Source of the DNA: an uncultured bacterium
GTDB lineage: Bacteria > Patescibacteriota > Minisyncoccia > Minisyncoccales > UBA5738
Reading direction: 5' to 3'
DNA length: 64,000 nt
NCBI GenBank assembly: GCA_903847095.1
Contig: CAINCQ010000029.1
Span: 5,485 to 69,484, forward strand
Shown: in pieces, positions 63,541 to 64,000 of the stretch
Position numbering within the stretch: the stretch's first letter is position 1
How the letters are laid out: the number at the start of each line of letters is the position of its first letter
Notes under the pieces: model-generated
What the model saw: the letters and a program-made list of their open reading frames with translations, nothing else
What the model was told of the DNA's origin: nothing
The model's database searches: none
Position numbers and translations under genes: made by a program

Positions 63541-64000
63541 ATGACTGCGATAAGCCGGAAAATTTTGTTTTTGACCTTTTTTTTCATTTTTTTGCTGGCA
63601 GCACCAACGATCATCCTTTACTCCCAAGGATACCGGTTGAGCATCCCGCCTCAAAACGGCAAGATCCTCGTCAAAACCGGGGGGCTTTTTGTTAAAGCCT
63701 ACCCCAAGCAGGTTGATATCTACATCAACGGTAACCTGGCCAAAAAAACGGATATCTTTTTTGGTTCCAATCTGATCGAGAACCTGATGCCCAAAAAATA
63801 CGAGATCGAGGTGAAAAAAGACGGCTACCACACTTGGGAAAAACAACTTGAGATCAGGGAAAAACAAGTGACGGAAGCAAAATACGTCATGCTTTTCCCC
63901 GAAAATCCGTCTTTCGCCATCGCGGCCGAGGGCGTTAATCGATTTTGGCCAAGCCCGGACGGAACGAAAATCATCCTTTACAGCGAAGCAACCGATGGCT
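63541..64000 (+). CDS. PEGA-domain membrane-anchored protein, N-terminal part (continues past window end)
   Basis: Absent from track (open at window end). My translation: MTAISRKILFLTFFFIFLLAAPTIILYSQGYRL...GGLFVKAYPKQVDIYINGNLAKKT...KYEIEVKKDGYHTWEKQLEI. Confidence 0.65.
   Translation, partial: MTAISRKILFLTFFFIFLLAAPTIILYSQGYRLSIPPQNGKILVKTGGLFVKAYPKQVDIYINGNLAKKTDIFFGSNLIENLMPKKYEIEVKKDGYHTWEKQLEIREKQVTEAKYVMLFPENPSFAIAAEGVNRFWPSPDGTKIILYSEATDG

Noticed and set aside
63538-63867. A 109-aa minus-strand ORF at the window end.
   Set aside because: The opposite strand encodes an open-ended ORF from ATG 63541 with a signal/TM segment and a PEGA-like beta-rich domain. The minus ORF is its shadow.
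1-64000. CRISPR arrays, transposases, integrases, rRNA genes, prophage structural genes, and an alternative genetic code (UGA recoding).
   Set aside because: There are no regularly spaced short repeats. No ORF has DDE, tyrosine-recombinase or serine-recombinase motifs. There are no rRNA-like conserved strings. Conserved genes such as argS, gatA, nadE and pncB are intact under the standard code, and TGA terminates several well-supported genes.

Overview
Overview: the window is a gene-dense, mostly minus-strand bacterial chromosomal segment. I call about 80 protein-coding genes and one cluster of three tRNAs. I found no rRNA, CRISPR array, transposase or integrase. The standard genetic code fits: long intact ORFs, with TGA, TAA and TAG all used as stops.

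Method limits: all family assignments come from reading motifs by eye in the supplied translations and in my own translations of edge-truncated ORFs. No database search was run.

Recognisable housekeeping genes: DEAD-box helicase, PIF1/RecD-like helicase, ArgS, CspA, GatC/GatA, Frr, RseP, HolB, two MreB paralogs, a VanY-type M15 peptidase, TspO, the UPF0237/UPF0210 pair, and a shikimate-kinase-family protein. There is also an NAD salvage cluster (PncA-like, PncB, NadE, ADP-ribose-type NUDIX), plus a truncated NadB at the window start.

Likely source: many small hypothetical, membrane or secreted proteins, a CxxC-x17-CxxC protein, a PEGA-domain protein and near-consensus TTGACA/TATAAT promoters suggest an uncultivated, reduced-genome bacterium, possibly Patescibacteria/CPR. 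This is a low-confidence inference.

Most interesting locus: a self-contained four-gene plus-strand operon at 32.4-37.2 kb. It encodes a kinase-like protein with degenerate catalytic motifs, a vWA/MIDAS protein, a divergent adenylosuccinate-synthetase (PurA) superfamily enzyme, and an orphan 412-aa protein. It sits back to back with a HEAT-repeat/Pol-beta nucleotidyltransferase fusion and an HD-GYP-like phosphohydrolase, next to the NAD salvage genes. I know of no described system with this composition.

Secondary points:
- a defence-like island at 12.4-17.1 kb (DUF4406-like, TIGR04141/DUF6119-like, DUF2779-like nuclease)
- a 168-nt rod-like imperfect inverted repeat at 3033-3200
- a thioredoxin fused to a ferredoxin:thioredoxin-reductase-like domain
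- two tandem paralog pairs
- a Cys-containing domain shared by two secreted proteins, with 31 nt of exact DNA identity
- an atypical initiator-like tRNA
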